Of a DNA stretch of 64,000 bases, positions 48,217 through 58,766 are shown one piece after another. The translations under genes were made by a program, and so were the position numbers. The notes under the pieces were generated by a model, which saw only the letters and a list, made by a program, of their open reading frames with translations, did not search any database and had not been told where the DNA came from. This stretch comes from Pseudomonadota bacterium (GTDB taxonomy: Bacteria; SAR324; NAC60-12). Location: NCBI GenBank assembly GCA_004213175.1, contig SHAT01000004.1, forward strand, positions 3,039 to 67,038, in the 5' to 3' direction. Positions within the stretch are counted from its first letter, which is position 1; each line of letters starts with the position of its first letter.

Positions 48217-50598
48217 ATGAATTTGAAGAAAAAAACAATTTTAAAACGAGTAGGAATCTACCCCCTCATTTTCTTTGTCCTGGTGAACCTATGGATTATA
48301 AAGGTATTTTCCGGAAAAACTTTTGCCCAAAGTATATTAAGCGACCGTGTGTGGTTAGAACACAAGTTTAAGTTGAATTTTGATACTAAAACCACTGCCA
48401 AGAATGAGTTGAATAGAGGAACGACATTTCCACTCTCTGACGTCTTTTTGTCTTCACAAGTGCCCTACCTTGCAGAGGAATCTACTCAAACTAAAAGTCT
48501 TGCCCTAAACGAATCAACGCCTTCATTAATATCTTCAACCCCTATACTGAATTCGAAAAAAAATGAAGAAGATAGTATAATGCTTTCAACCCCTTTTTTC
48601 AGGAAGCTATTCCCGTGGTTTTCCCAAAGCGATCATAGGAGTTCCAAAAAATCTACCAAAGTATTTTTGTGGATACCGGAAATTGAAAAGCTACTCATCT
48701 CAAATGCCGATGCAGCAAAGGAAATGTATCTGGAAATTGAAAACCAATTGGAAATTGAAGAACGCACACAACTCAAAATTAAATTGCTTTATCATTTGAA
48801 TGAATGGTCATCTGCAGAAATACTTGCCAAAGCGTTTTTAAGCGAACGACCACAAAGTCCAATTACGCCAGTTATTTTTTATTATTTGAACAAGGCTCTA
48901 CAGTCTCAAAAAAAAGAACTTAGTCAAAATCTGATTTTAAAAAAACATACTGTTAAAAATTTAGAACCAAAATTGCTAAGTGATTTTTTACGTATGCTTA
49001 GTGATGAAGCTTTAATGCAAGGTGATCTCTTCACCGCAATTCGATATCGACTTGATGAATTAAAAAATGCTGGGACTTCATTAATGGCTGATACGGAAAA
49101 ACTGGCTAGTCTTTTGAAAGAACTAAAGTTTGTTGAACAATTAAATAATTTATCATTAAATTTCCCAAATTTAACTTGGTTGCAAGATCGAATACCACCA
49201 TTGAAAATCGAAATACTGGTAAAACAAAAACGTTACCATGAAGCTCTAAAAATTGTAAATCATCAACTCAAGATTGCCCGTGGGACCAATCACACAGTAA
49301 AGATTGAGCTACTTAACAAAATGCAGAGCAACCTTTCCAAAGCCATTAACCTTAATCCTCGCCGAATTGGAGTGATTCTACCTTTGAGCAGTACTAACAC
49401 AAAGGTTGCAAGCTTGGCCCACGAAGCTCTAAACGGTTTGAGGATGGCACTGCGTGCTTCTGAAATAACAATTGTGAATAATAATTTCAACGAAAACACA
49501 ACTTCCAAAATAATTCAAACTAAGAGTAATTCTCAGTTGATTAACAACGTAACAACTGACTCTAAACCAAAGAAACCTCTAGACACATGGGAACTAGTGA
49601 TTAGGGATTCTCATTTGAATCAGGAGAAAACAAAAAGTGCAATCCGTGAACTGGTAGAAAAAGAGGGGGTAATTGCGGTCATTGGACCTCTCGCTCGAAA
49701 AACTTCTGAAGCTGCAGCGAAAGAAGCGGAAAGGTTGCACATACCATTAATTTCCCTTTCGCTTACAGCCGATATTCCTGAATTTGGAGACTATGTTTTT
49801 CGTAATAATCAAAGTTGGAAAAAGGAAGTTCAAGAATTGCTGGATTATGCAGTGAGTGAACTTCAAGCTTGCCGCTTCCTTATTCTTTATGCAAAAACTA
49901 GAGAGGGACGACAAAAAATGCGACATTTTTGGGATGCAGCCTTGAATAAAGGTTGTAAAGTGGTCGCAACTGAAGGTTTTAAAAATGACGGTCAAAAAAG
50001 TCTAGTGAATGAATTTGATACTTTCACCGGTAAACTTCAAAGAATTAGCGCAAAAGATAAAGGTATTTTAAAGGAACTTAAAGAAAAGGAAGTCCCAATT
50101 CATAACTTTGATGCAGTGTTCGTAGCTATAGGTTCAGGCGGAGTGAGTAATTTGAGCCTTATTTTTCCTTATAGTGCTGTTTACAAAATGGAAAAAACGA
50201 CTTTTCTGGGAGACAACGGTTGGAATGATGCAGCACTCCCGTATGCACATGGATTGCGAGGTGTAAAAAAACTTGTTTTTGTTGATACCTTCTTTCCGCA
50301 GGATAATACTCATGCCATGCAACAGTTACTAAGACTGCATGAAAGGATTCTATATCGACATCAAAATTATCTGGGTCCAACCCCATATACTGCATATGCT
50401 TATGATACATTGATGATCTTGATGCATTTGTTGAATGATGAGAAAAACCAAAGTCACTGGGATTTACGCAATGCACTTGTAAATATGGATAACTTTTCGG
50501 GAGTTACAGGTAATTTAAGCTTTGATGAAAAAGGTGAAGTTCAGCGGGGGATTAAGCTCTTGACTGTCCGTAGAGGAAAAATACAGATGTTCAAATAG
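48217..50598 (+). CDS. TPR plus periplasmic-binding-protein (type I, LivK/LpoA-like) domain lipoprotein/activator-like protein
   Basis: 793 aa with an N-terminal anchor, helical repeats, and a C-terminal Peripla_BP_6-like region (IGVILPLS...VIAVIGPL). It starts 6 nt after selB. Confidence 0.65.
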   Translation: MNLKKKTILKRVGIYPLIFFVLVNLWIIKVFSGKTFAQSILSDRVWLEHKFKLNFDTKTTAKNELNRGTTFPLSDVFLSSQVPYLAEESTQTKSLALNESTPSLISSTPILNSKKNEEDSIMLSTPFFRKLFPWFSQSDHRSSKKSTKVFLWIPEIEKLLISNADAAKEMYLEIENQLEIEERTQLKIKLLYHLNEWSSAEILAKAFLSERPQSPITPVIFYYLNKALQSQKKELSQNLILKKHTVKNLEPKLLSDFLRMLSDEALMQGDLFTAIRYRLDELKNAGTSLMADTEKLASLLKELKFVEQLNNLSLNFPNLTWLQDRIPPLKIEILVKQKRYHEALKIVNHQLKIARGTNHTVKIELLNKMQSNLSKAINLNPRRIGVILPLSSTNTKVASLAHEALNGLRMALRASEITIVNNNFNENTTSKIIQTKSNSQLINNVTTDSKPKKPLDTWELVIRDSHLNQEKTKSAIRELVEKEGVIAVIGPLARKTSEAAAKEAERLHIPLISLSLTADIPEFGDYVFRNNQSWKKEVQELLDYAVSELQACRFLILYAKTREGRQKMRHFWDAALNKGCKVVATEGFKNDGQKSLVNEFDTFTGKLQRISAKDKGILKELKEKEVPIHNFDAVFVAIGSGGVSNLSLIFPYSAVYKMEKTTFLGDNGWNDAALPYAHGLRGVKKLVFVDTFFPQDNTHAMQQLLRLHERILYRHQNYLGPTPYTAYAYDTLMILMHLLNDEKNQSHWDLRNALVNMDNFSGVTGNLSFDEKGEVQRGIKLLTVRRGKIQMFK

Positions 50599-50624
50599 TA
50601 TTAATTAAATAAATTATTTAATCG

Positions 50625-51131
50625 CTATTTGACAAAAAGAGATTCCAAGTCTTTGAAAGGGACCTGTTCGGGCTTTAACTTTTGAAGTGGTTGAGTTTCT
50701 TCACCTGAATTTTTAGCAATTTCTAGCAATGAATTATCAGGAGAAGGTTCATTTTTGATACCATGGGGAACGATGTCTCCGGTATTCTTTGATAATTTTT
50801 CAGGTCGAATTTCAGCTTGGAAATTACGCTTAGACTGAAATTTCATCTGTAACTTTTGATCCTCAAGTGGTTCTTCAATTAGATCTGCAACTTGTCGTAA
50901 GCGATAGCTGTAATGACGGCTAACTTCAAATAGCCTCCCACCCGGTATGCACTCTGGACTGTCCTGGAATGAAACAAAATCTTCCACAACGACTGCATGT
51001 TTAAGTGCTTCTGGACTTAAGTAAACCAAAACAGGAGATGTTTCAGACTCAATTATTTCCTCTTCCTGAGGTTCGAATTTGAACCATTTCATATTACCTC
51101 TTCTCAAAAAACTAGACACTGAATTTTTCAC
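50625..51131 (-). CDS. hypothetical protein (168 aa)
   Basis: ORF only. Confidence 0.45.
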   Translation of the reverse strand: MKNSVSSFLRRGNMKWFKFEPQEEEIIESETSPVLVYLSPEALKHAVVVEDFVSFQDSPECIPGGRLFEVSRHYSYRLRQVADLIEEPLEDQKLQMKFQSKRNFQAEIRPEKLSKNTGDIVPHGIKNEPSPDNSLLEIAKNSGEETQPLQKLKPEQVPFKDLESLFVK

Positions 51132-51571
51132 CTTAAAAATAATCTGCGAAAATTATGCCAAATATACTATTATTCCTAAAACATTTTGTGGTTTAACCCC
51201 ATTAAAATGCCCCCTAAAAAAGCCTTCCCTTGATGAGCAAAATAAAATCTACAATATAAGTTAGATATATCTTTTTTGATATATAAGAGATAAAATTATC
51301 TATCATAACTCAAGATTTAATTTATCCTATAGGATGACTATTGACTTATTTCTATAGGATCCCTAATTCCTCTAGGGATTTTCAAAAATCAGGAAAAGAG
51401 ATAACTATGCTTGGATTTTTCAGTTTAGAAAGAATTTTGATAATTGTGAAAAAACAAATTTTTTGTTGTAACAGTCCTTTCCAATAATTTCTCTATACAT
51501 TCAAAATAACAAATAGATATTTTTTTGACTGTATCAAATTAATTCCTAATCGAGCTGGATTTCTTTATATT

Positions 51572-51587
51572 TGTATATTAATATACA
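51572..51587. promoter_or_regulatory. perfect 16-bp palindrome TGTATATTAATATACA, candidate ArsR-family operator
   Basis: It ends 33 nt upstream of the arsR-like GTG start. ArsR/SmtB repressors typically autoregulate through AT-rich inverted repeats overlapping their promoter. Confidence 0.45.
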
Positions 51588-51620
51588 TAGCATATTCATA
51601 AGATTTAGAGTGAAAATAAG

Positions 51621-51950
51621 GTGAATAGAAACGTAGCATTGAAAGAAGAACTCGAGCAGTTGTTCTGTGATCAGGAAGAAAATTTTGAGATAGCAGCCAA
51701 GAGTCTAAAGGTATTATCTCATCCTGCCCGTTTACGAATTTTGTGCGCACTACGGAGTGGTGAGCAAACTGTACAAAATTTGGAATATTTCACAGGCATA
51801 AAACAAACAACTCTGTCTCAACACTTGTCTTTACTGAAAAATTGCGGAGTGTTAGTTTCACGGCGCGAGGCAACATTTTCCTTTTATCGGATTTCCAACA
51901 AAAAAATTATTGAATTATTTGACCTCATCAAATGGGAATGGTTGCTATAA
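51621..51950 (+). CDS. ArsR/SmtB-family winged-helix transcriptional regulator
   Basis: It has LKVLSHPARLRILCAL...TVQNLEYFTGIKQTTLSQHLSLLKNCGVLVSRREATFSFYRI. 109 aa. Confidence 0.85.
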   Translation: MNRNVALKEELEQLFCDQEENFEIAAKSLKVLSHPARLRILCALRSGEQTVQNLEYFTGIKQTTLSQHLSLLKNCGVLVSRREATFSFYRISNKKIIELFDLIKWEWLL

Positions 51951-52354
51951 TGGAGAATTATAATATAATGCTATTTCTATAGAAATATATAATGTAAGAC
52001 CCTGCCTCAATGGAGGGATCTATCATTGATCCAGTCAAGGAACAAATTAATCTCAGTCTACAATTTGTAATGGAACTTAGCATTGACCTCAAGTAAACGA
52101 AAGACCACATAACTAAGTGTAACATTTAACATCTTACCCTATAATTCTCCACTACAAATTATTGTTCTACTATTTTCAATTGCAATTGTTTTCGTCTGGT
52201 TATATTTTTTTAAATTCCTTAACAGAATCCCGGCTCACTCCTTTTTTAGATAACTGTTTTTGAACAGTTATTTATTTATCTTTCTGCCTCAAATCTGATT
52301 AAGATTGCGGCTTTTAATCATACCAATAAATCAATTAGTAAACTGTCTAGGATT

Positions 52355-54211
52355 TTATTTCCCGGACTCATTTAACCGGTTTTGATACACAGAAATCAAG
52401 GAATCCCGGTATTGAAAAAGTTTCTCCAAACGTTTTTCAAGGCTTATATCCCCTGTTTGCGGCCGCGTCGTTAGATACAAGGTGTAGCGAAGAATGTCCT
52501 GCGGTCTTTGAAAACAGTAAAGCAGAAAATTGAGAGCATTCGTGCCTTTTTTTTCATAAATAAGCAACAGCAATTTGACTATGTGAAAATGGTTTATTCC
52601 AAGGGAACATTGCCGATCAACAAATTCCATGATTGAACTCATGTAATTGTCAGTCCGAAAACCTTGCGGAAGTGTTGCTGATGCAGAAGGCTGCTGATAA
52701 TACTGCATACTCAATATGGAAGAGATAAAATAGCTCCAGGCTTTGTTCAAGTCATCCAAAGGAATCAACTGTCGAGGTGTCTCATCCTCCTTGTTTTCCA
52801 AAAGCGATTGTTCGTTTAGGTCGAGAATTACACCAAGTGTACTTTTCAAGCCGTCAATCGCAGGAGCACGATATTTCAAAACCGAAAGCAGCTTTTTTAA
52901 GCGCTGGTAATCAGTGCTTTCTCTATAAGAAACATCCTTTTCGCCTTGGATTGTGAATGTCCATTCACTCAAACCGTAAAACGAAGCATAAATTTTTGAA
53001 TAAATCGATTCAGCATAATTTTTTTCCAGTCTTTTTATTTCTTTTGACCACTCTTTCAGTGGAGTCCCAGGGGGCAACATTTTTATCAAATTCAGCGGGA
53101 ATCTCTGCCGAATACGATTCAATTTAGGGTTTTGCGGCATATCTGGAACATAAAACTGAATGACTTTCCTGTCAAAGCGGAGTTCCTGCATCCGTGATCT
53201 TATTTGAACACCAATTGTTTCAATATCAGTCCCCTCTGGGATTCGATTTAAAAGATCATAAAATTCCTCAATAAAGCCAGAAAGAGCAGATATTTCTTCC
53301 AGTTTGTTTTTTACTGAGCGGATAAAATGTGGGAAATGTTTTTGCTTGAATTTTTGATAATCCAACTTTTCATGCGGTAAAATGAATTGCAGTTGAGCAT
53401 TAAGTTTCTGAATTCTTTCAATCAAAGCCTGATTATAATTTACCGGGTTGGTGCGATATAACTCTTTGAATTCTCCATAAATAGTATCAATAGTGTGATA
53501 CTCCTCAGTTGAAAGAGACCTAGATTTGAACTTTTCCCGCCACTCTGAAATTAATTGTTTGCGGATTTTTAAACCTTCCTTTTTATGATCAAGAAGGTAT
53601 GATTCTGCGACATTCTCGCAAAATGCCTGCAGACTTTTTGAGGAAAAATTAAGTTCTTCAACCATTGACAATATTTCCGGAATCGCGGCACTACTTTGTT
53701 TTTGGTTGTTTACGCTATACCTATAAAATTCAAGTGGGAGTATTTTCTCATTAAAGAAAATACTCCCACTTAACTTAGAAAAAAGATTACGTGTAATGTT
53801 TACAATTAGCTCAGCGGAGTCCAGTTCTCGAGGTAAAATAATCGTCACTTCATAAGAACGTTTAGTATTGATGATTTTTAGACGTGATGCGGGAAGTGAA
53901 ACATTTTTAGGCAGTGCAGATCCAATTTCTGTTTCATAAGTTTCCTGATCTATAAATCGTAGCAAGTGATCGGCGTGCGGAATCTCTATACCAAAGTTTT
54001 CCGAATAATCCAGTATGTCGGGAACTTTCCCTTTCAAAAAATTTTTTATCTTTTCAGGAATTGACTTAGAAAATTCTATGCTAAAAAATTTTGAAGGTGG
54101 AATTCCCTCTTTTTGATCGTCGTAATTTTGGAGTTGCGCTTCGCCTATAGTGCGCATTTTAGGATCAAAACGATCCTCAAAGGATTTGTTGATGCTGTCA
54201 AATGGTTTCAT
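52355..54211 (-). CDS. hypothetical protein (618 aa), no recognisable domain
   Basis: It is a long clean ORF, soluble and rich in helical, charged segments. Confidence 0.6.
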   Translation of the reverse strand: MKPFDSINKSFEDRFDPKMRTIGEAQLQNYDDQKEGIPPSKFFSIEFSKSIPEKIKNFLKGKVPDILDYSENFGIEIPHADHLLRFIDQETYETEIGSALPKNVSLPASRLKIINTKRSYEVTIILPRELDSAELIVNITRNLFSKLSGSIFFNEKILPLEFYRYSVNNQKQSSAAIPEILSMVEELNFSSKSLQAFCENVAESYLLDHKKEGLKIRKQLISEWREKFKSRSLSTEEYHTIDTIYGEFKELYRTNPVNYNQALIERIQKLNAQLQFILPHEKLDYQKFKQKHFPHFIRSVKNKLEEISALSGFIEEFYDLLNRIPEGTDIETIGVQIRSRMQELRFDRKVIQFYVPDMPQNPKLNRIRQRFPLNLIKMLPPGTPLKEWSKEIKRLEKNYAESIYSKIYASFYGLSEWTFTIQGEKDVSYRESTDYQRLKKLLSVLKYRAPAIDGLKSTLGVILDLNEQSLLENKEDETPRQLIPLDDLNKAWSYFISSILSMQYYQQPSASATLPQGFRTDNYMSSIMEFVDRQCSLGINHFHIVKLLLLIYEKKGTNALNFLLYCFQRPQDILRYTLYLTTRPQTGDISLEKRLEKLFQYRDSLISVYQNRLNESGK

Positions 54212-54250
54212 GAATAATTACCCGTGAAGGGTGTGGTTCACGAACATTGA

Positions 54251-54538
54251 TCAATGCTTGCGTACTGAAGCTATATCTTCGTTCCATTCTCGGAGTTGAT
54301 GTGGCCCTTCTAACGAATTTTTCAGATTGATCAAATCTAAAAATTTTTTTTCTTCCAAATCAACATTGGGATACCTCCTTCTCAAATATCCCCAGAGATT
54401 CAAATAGTTTTCCTCTACTTGCCAATCATCACTATGTGTCTTCTGCTCTGACTTAGAGTTATCATTAAAAGTATAGAAAACCTTACTCATTTTTTCCTCG
54501 AATACTCTGTTTAGGTGATTTCCAAATTCGGAAATCAT
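54251..54538 (-). CDS. hypothetical protein (95 aa), upstream partner of the 618-aa gene
   Basis: It is an ORF on the same strand with a 39-nt gap. Confidence 0.5.
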   Translation of the reverse strand: MISEFGNHLNRVFEEKMSKVFYTFNDNSKSEQKTHSDDWQVEENYLNLWGYLRRRYPNVDLEEKKFLDLINLKNSLEGPHQLREWNEDIASVRKH

Positions 54539-55568
54539 TTGTATAAATTTAGCTATCGAATTCGCAACCTTTACAGTTACAATTTTGACGGGGTTATACT
54601 ACATGAAGCAAAATTGTGGCCTGAAAAAATAAAATTGATTAATAAATTATTGGATTGTTATAAAAACTTGGTGAATAGACTGTTTATATTGAATTTTAAA
54701 TTTTTTAGGTTGAAAAATATTTTTTTAAAAAAACACCAAATATTCTCGAAGAAATGATATTTTAACTCTGAAATTATGATTGAATTATTTGGGAGGATTT
54801 GTTCTTAGTAAGACTTTAAGGTGGGTTTCAAATCATTAAATATTTGTAGTTTTCTTAGTTCCTATATTGCTAGGCAGCGTACACTAACAAGATTGAATAT
54901 AACAACAAAATTCGGCAATAAGTTTTCAGCGCACATATGATTTTCTTGTTAGTCCCTCATCTTTTCTCAGATTTTCTTCTATAGACTCTATTGCAATGTG
55001 TCTGACAATTTTCGTAACTCATTTTCCGCTTTTGTGCAAGGATTGATTTGGTCTTCCTCTATCTCTTCAATACAAAATTCTGTATTTAGAATTCTTCCTT
55101 CATATAGTGCTTAACTAACACAATCAACTATTTTCATTTGCCATCTATGTCTCATTCATTGTTATCTTGCGGCATAACTATTATTAACAAGCAACTTACT
55201 GTGTAACTCAGATACTATCATTTAAATAGGGTAGTGTTCCTGATAAGCCAATGTTAACCTTATTCAGATATTGTAAGTGATAACCCTTGTATTATCCGAC
55301 AAATCGGCTAAAATTAGCAACGAATGAATGGGTCCGGCAAATCGGCTTGATTAATAGAGTTTAAACCGTTTTATAAACATATCTTCTGATTAATTCAACT
55401 GAATAACAACAAAATCTCTATTTTTAGTATATACATTTAATAAAATTTACTTATTAATATCAATTAATTGATACGATATTGTTGCCAATATTCACTCTAT
55501 TGGGATAAATATTTTCGGTATCTGAGTTTTAATAACCCAATTTTCATAACCAAAACAAAAAATAATTT

Positions 55569-56834
55569 ATGAGAGATAGAATAATTTCAATTAAAGCTTT
55601 GGAGATTTTGGATTCAAGAGGTAATCCGACAATCCGTACAACAGTAACCCTTGAAAGCGGAGTTACAGGATCTGCCTCCGTCCCTTCAGGAGCCTCAACA
55701 GGGGAAAATGAAGCTCTTGAACTTCGTGACGGTGACAAGGCACGATATGGAGGAAAAGGAGTTCTCAAAGCAGTTGATAATGTAAATCAGGAAATTGCTC
55801 CGGAACTGTTAGGCATGACACCAGATAGACAAGCTGAAATTGACAGGATGATGCTCAAACTAGACGGAACAGCGACCAAAAGTAATTTAGGCGCAAACGC
55901 AATTCTCAGTGTTTCCATTGCTGTTGCAGTAACTGCAGCCAATTCACACAACCTTCCTCTCTATGCCTATCTAGGAGGAGTAGGCAGTTTTCGTTTGCCG
56001 GCACCTATGATGAACATTATCAATGGTGGAGAACATGCTGATAATAGTGTTGATTTACAGGAATTCATGGTTATGCCCATTGGAGCAACGACATTCCGCG
56101 AAGCATTGCGTTATGGTGCTGAAACATTTCATGCTCTGAAAAAGATCTTACTTAAAAAAGGTTATGCCACTAGCGTTGGTGACGAAGGTGGTTTTGCTCC
56201 AAATCTTAAAAGTAATGAAGAAGCATGCGAAGTTATAATTGAAGCCATCGAACTTGCTGGATTTGTACCTGGAAAAGACATCTCGCTGTCTATCGACGCC
56301 GCTGCTTCATCATTCTATAAAAATGGAAGCTATGACTTTTTTAAGTCCGGCCAGGGCACAAAAAACTCAAAGGAAATGCTTGATTTTTACAGCAATATGG
56401 CAGATAAATTTCCCATCATATCGATTGAAGATCCAATGGACGAGCACGATTGGGAAGGGTTTTCCTCTATCACAAAAAAACTTGGAACTAAGCTTCAAAT
56501 AGTCGGCGATGATTTGTTTGTAACTAATACAGAGTTTGTAAAGAAAGGTATAAACAAAAACGCAGCAAACGCTGTTTTGATCAAACTTAACCAAATCGGC
56601 ACTGTATCTGAAACTATTGCCACCATACAACTTTGTCAGAAAGCTGGTTGGAATTACATAATCTCTCATCGAAGCGGTGAAACTGAAGACACATTCATGG
56701 CGGATTTTTCAGTTGCAATGGCGGGTGGTCAAATTAAAACTGGGTCGGTATCACGCAGTGAGCGTATTGCCAAATATAATCGTTTGCTTGAAATAGAAGC
56801 TGAACTTGGAAAGTGTGCGATTTTTGGGAGCTGA
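55569..56834 (+). CDS. eno: enolase (phosphopyruvate hydratase)
   Basis: It has [18 protein letters not shown] and IKTGS motifs. 421 aa. Confidence 0.97.
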   Translation: MRDRIISIKALEILDSRGNPTIRTTVTLESGVTGSASVPSGASTGENEALELRDGDKARYGGKGVLKAVDNVNQEIAPELLGMTPDRQAEIDRMMLKLDGTATKSNLGANAILSVSIAVAVTAANSHNLPLYAYLGGVGSFRLPAPMMNIINGGEHADNSVDLQEFMVMPIGATTFREALRYGAETFHALKKILLKKGYATSVGDEGGFAPNLKSNEEACEVIIEAIELAGFVPGKDISLSIDAAASSFYKNGSYDFFKSGQGTKNSKEMLDFYSNMADKFPIISIEDPMDEHDWEGFSSITKKLGTKLQIVGDDLFVTNTEFVKKGINKNAANAVLIKLNQIGTVSETIATIQLCQKAGWNYIISHRSGETEDTFMADFSVAMAGGQIKTGSVSRSERIAKYNRLLEIEAELGKCAIFGS

Positions 56835-57053
56835 ACAAAGTCAACCAGAACCGAAAGCAAATTTCATATATCACCATTGAACAACCACATAGTGTAGTTC
56901 ATAGTACTAGTAGAAGCATTAATCTTAGAGCGAATTTAAGAAAACTTCTATAATGCTATCCTGATTCAGATTTTATTTTGATTCTACTCAAATATTATTT
57001 TCAACCAGCGTAAAGAAATAAATCACAATATTTTGACCAAGACGAGTTTCTAG

Positions 57054-58634
57054 GTGACATCCAATTCTGAGAAAATCCCCACTGAGGAGTCGTACCGCAT
57101 ATTGAAACACGCGGGGTCGGTCACAATATTTACTTCGATTTCCAGGATTCTCGGCGCTGTGAGGGATTTAGTGATCGCGCATGTTTTCGGGGCTGGATGG
57201 ATTACAGACGCCTTTGTACAGGCATTCACCATTCCAAATGTTCTGCGCCGCCTGACTGCCGAGGGTTCGATGACTCTGGCTTTCCTGCCACTCTATACAG
57301 AAATCCGTGAACATAAAGATCGTGAATCAGCCAGGAAATTTGCTGCAAAAACTTTGACTCTCATTCTAGCAGCTACTACCATACTGAGCGGATTGGGTAT
57401 TATTTTCAGTCCCCAGCTAGTTTTTCTTTTTGCAGCAGGTTTTGCATCAAGTCCGGAAAAGTTCGAACTGACCGTGTTACTTACCAGAGTAATGTTTCCG
57501 TATTTGATATTCGTTTCACTGGTTGCGTGGGCAATGGGAGTTTTAAACGCGGAAGAGCGTTTTGCAGCACCGGCTGCGGCGCCTATTTTGTTAAACATCG
57601 GCATTATCGGGGCAGCTTTTGGAATTTCACCGTTATTAGAAAAGCCAATCATCGGTATCGGAATTGGTGTTCTTTTAGGCGGAATCGCACAAATAATGCT
57701 TCAAATTCCTTCTTTGAGAAAAGTAGGGCAATCATTAAAACCAATCTTGTTTTTCAATGATGAAAATATTCAACGTCTGCTGAAACTTCTTGGTCCTTCA
57801 TTGCTGGGAGTTGCAGTTTATCAAATCAATATCGTCGTGCTACGCAATCTGGCCAGTTTCATGCCTTCAGGCCAGGTCACGCATTATTACAATGCGAGCC
57901 GTCTTTCAGAATTTACTTTGGGGATCTTTGCTTTTGCATTAACCACTGCTAGTTTCCCAGAATTAAGCCGACACACCGCAAGTGAGAACTGGGAAAAAAT
58001 TCGCAGCACCCTTCGCTTCACCATTTCCACCACCTTACTGTTCGTCATACCAGCCAGCGTGGGATTAGCCATTGCGGCAGAGCCGATAGTCGCAATGCTC
58101 TATTTTCATGGGGCTTATGCCTGGAGTGATGTTAAAAGTACCTCACTAACGCTTCAGGCCTTTGCTTTAAGCATGCCGGCCGCTGCCATAATTCGTCTGC
58201 AGACTTCGGTGTTTTATTCACTTAAAAACACCCGTACTCCGGTGCAAGTATCGCTCTTCAGTATTTTGCTGACCGGACTTTTGGGATGGTGGTTAAGCCA
58301 AAGTCTGGAAATTTTAGGCTTGGCATTGGGTCTTGCTGCAGGAACATGGTTCCAGTGTGGATTATTAACCTTACTGCTGCTGAAAGAAACTGAATTGCGG
58401 AAAAGATGGTTTTCCTTGCGCTCATCCCTTCTTTATTTGCTAGCTTCCAGCTGCATGGCAGGTTTTACCTGGTTTACAAGTGGGTATGGAATATGGGATA
58501 AAGGACCTTTCCTTTTTTACAACTGGTTAGTTTTTCTTTCACTTCTGGTAGGTTCTGCTTTTTTATATGTGCTACTTCTGGCAATTTTACGAGAAGAACA
58601 AATTTTGGAAATTATAAACAGATTAAGGTCATAA
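57054..58634 (+). CDS. murJ: lipid II flippase MurJ
   Basis: 526 aa, ~14 TM, with the N-terminal pattern SRILGAVRDLVIAHVFGAGWITDAFVQAFTIPNVLRRLTAEGS. Confidence 0.92.
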   Translation: MTSNSEKIPTEESYRILKHAGSVTIFTSISRILGAVRDLVIAHVFGAGWITDAFVQAFTIPNVLRRLTAEGSMTLAFLPLYTEIREHKDRESARKFAAKTLTLILAATTILSGLGIIFSPQLVFLFAAGFASSPEKFELTVLLTRVMFPYLIFVSLVAWAMGVLNAEERFAAPAAAPILLNIGIIGAAFGISPLLEKPIIGIGIGVLLGGIAQIMLQIPSLRKVGQSLKPILFFNDENIQRLLKLLGPSLLGVAVYQINIVVLRNLASFMPSGQVTHYYNASRLSEFTLGIFAFALTTASFPELSRHTASENWEKIRSTLRFTISTTLLFVIPASVGLAIAAEPIVAMLYFHGAYAWSDVKSTSLTLQAFALSMPAAAIIRLQTSVFYSLKNTRTPVQVSLFSILLTGLLGWWLSQSLEILGLALGLAAGTWFQCGLLTLLLLKETELRKRWFSLRSSLLYLLASSCMAGFTWFTSGYGIWDKGPFLFYNWLVFLSLLVGSAFLYVLLLAILREEQILEIINRLRS

Positions 58635-58682
58635 AAAATTCAGCACTAAAAAGACTTAAAACCTATTCATCCCTGTCAGAGT

Positions 58683-58715
58683 AAAATCTTACAAGTTGTC
58701 AACTTGTAAGATTTT
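58683..58715. terminator. bidirectional intrinsic terminator between convergent murJ and the M20 peptidase gene
   Basis: It is a near-perfect 33-nt palindrome AAAATCTTACAAGTTG-T-CAACTTGTAAGATTTT. On either strand the descending arm ends in UUUU. Confidence 0.7.
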
Positions 58716-58766
58716 CTGTTTCACCTTTGCAGAAATATTAATTGGTGACATACTTTTTTAGGACAT

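Noticed and set aside
54212-54250. Possible TGA (selenocysteine) read-through fusing the 95-aa and 618-aa ORFs, considered because selB is present.
   Set aside because: After the TGA, the frame hits TAA 10 codons later, and the downstream gene is in a different register with its own ATG.
54883-54953. I considered the 10-bp inverted repeat with a 51-nt loop as a distinct structured RNA.
   Set aside because: A single 10-mer match in 1 kb of AT-rich DNA is only marginally unexpected, and there is no flanking terminator or promoter. It is kept only as a note inside the long-spacer finding.
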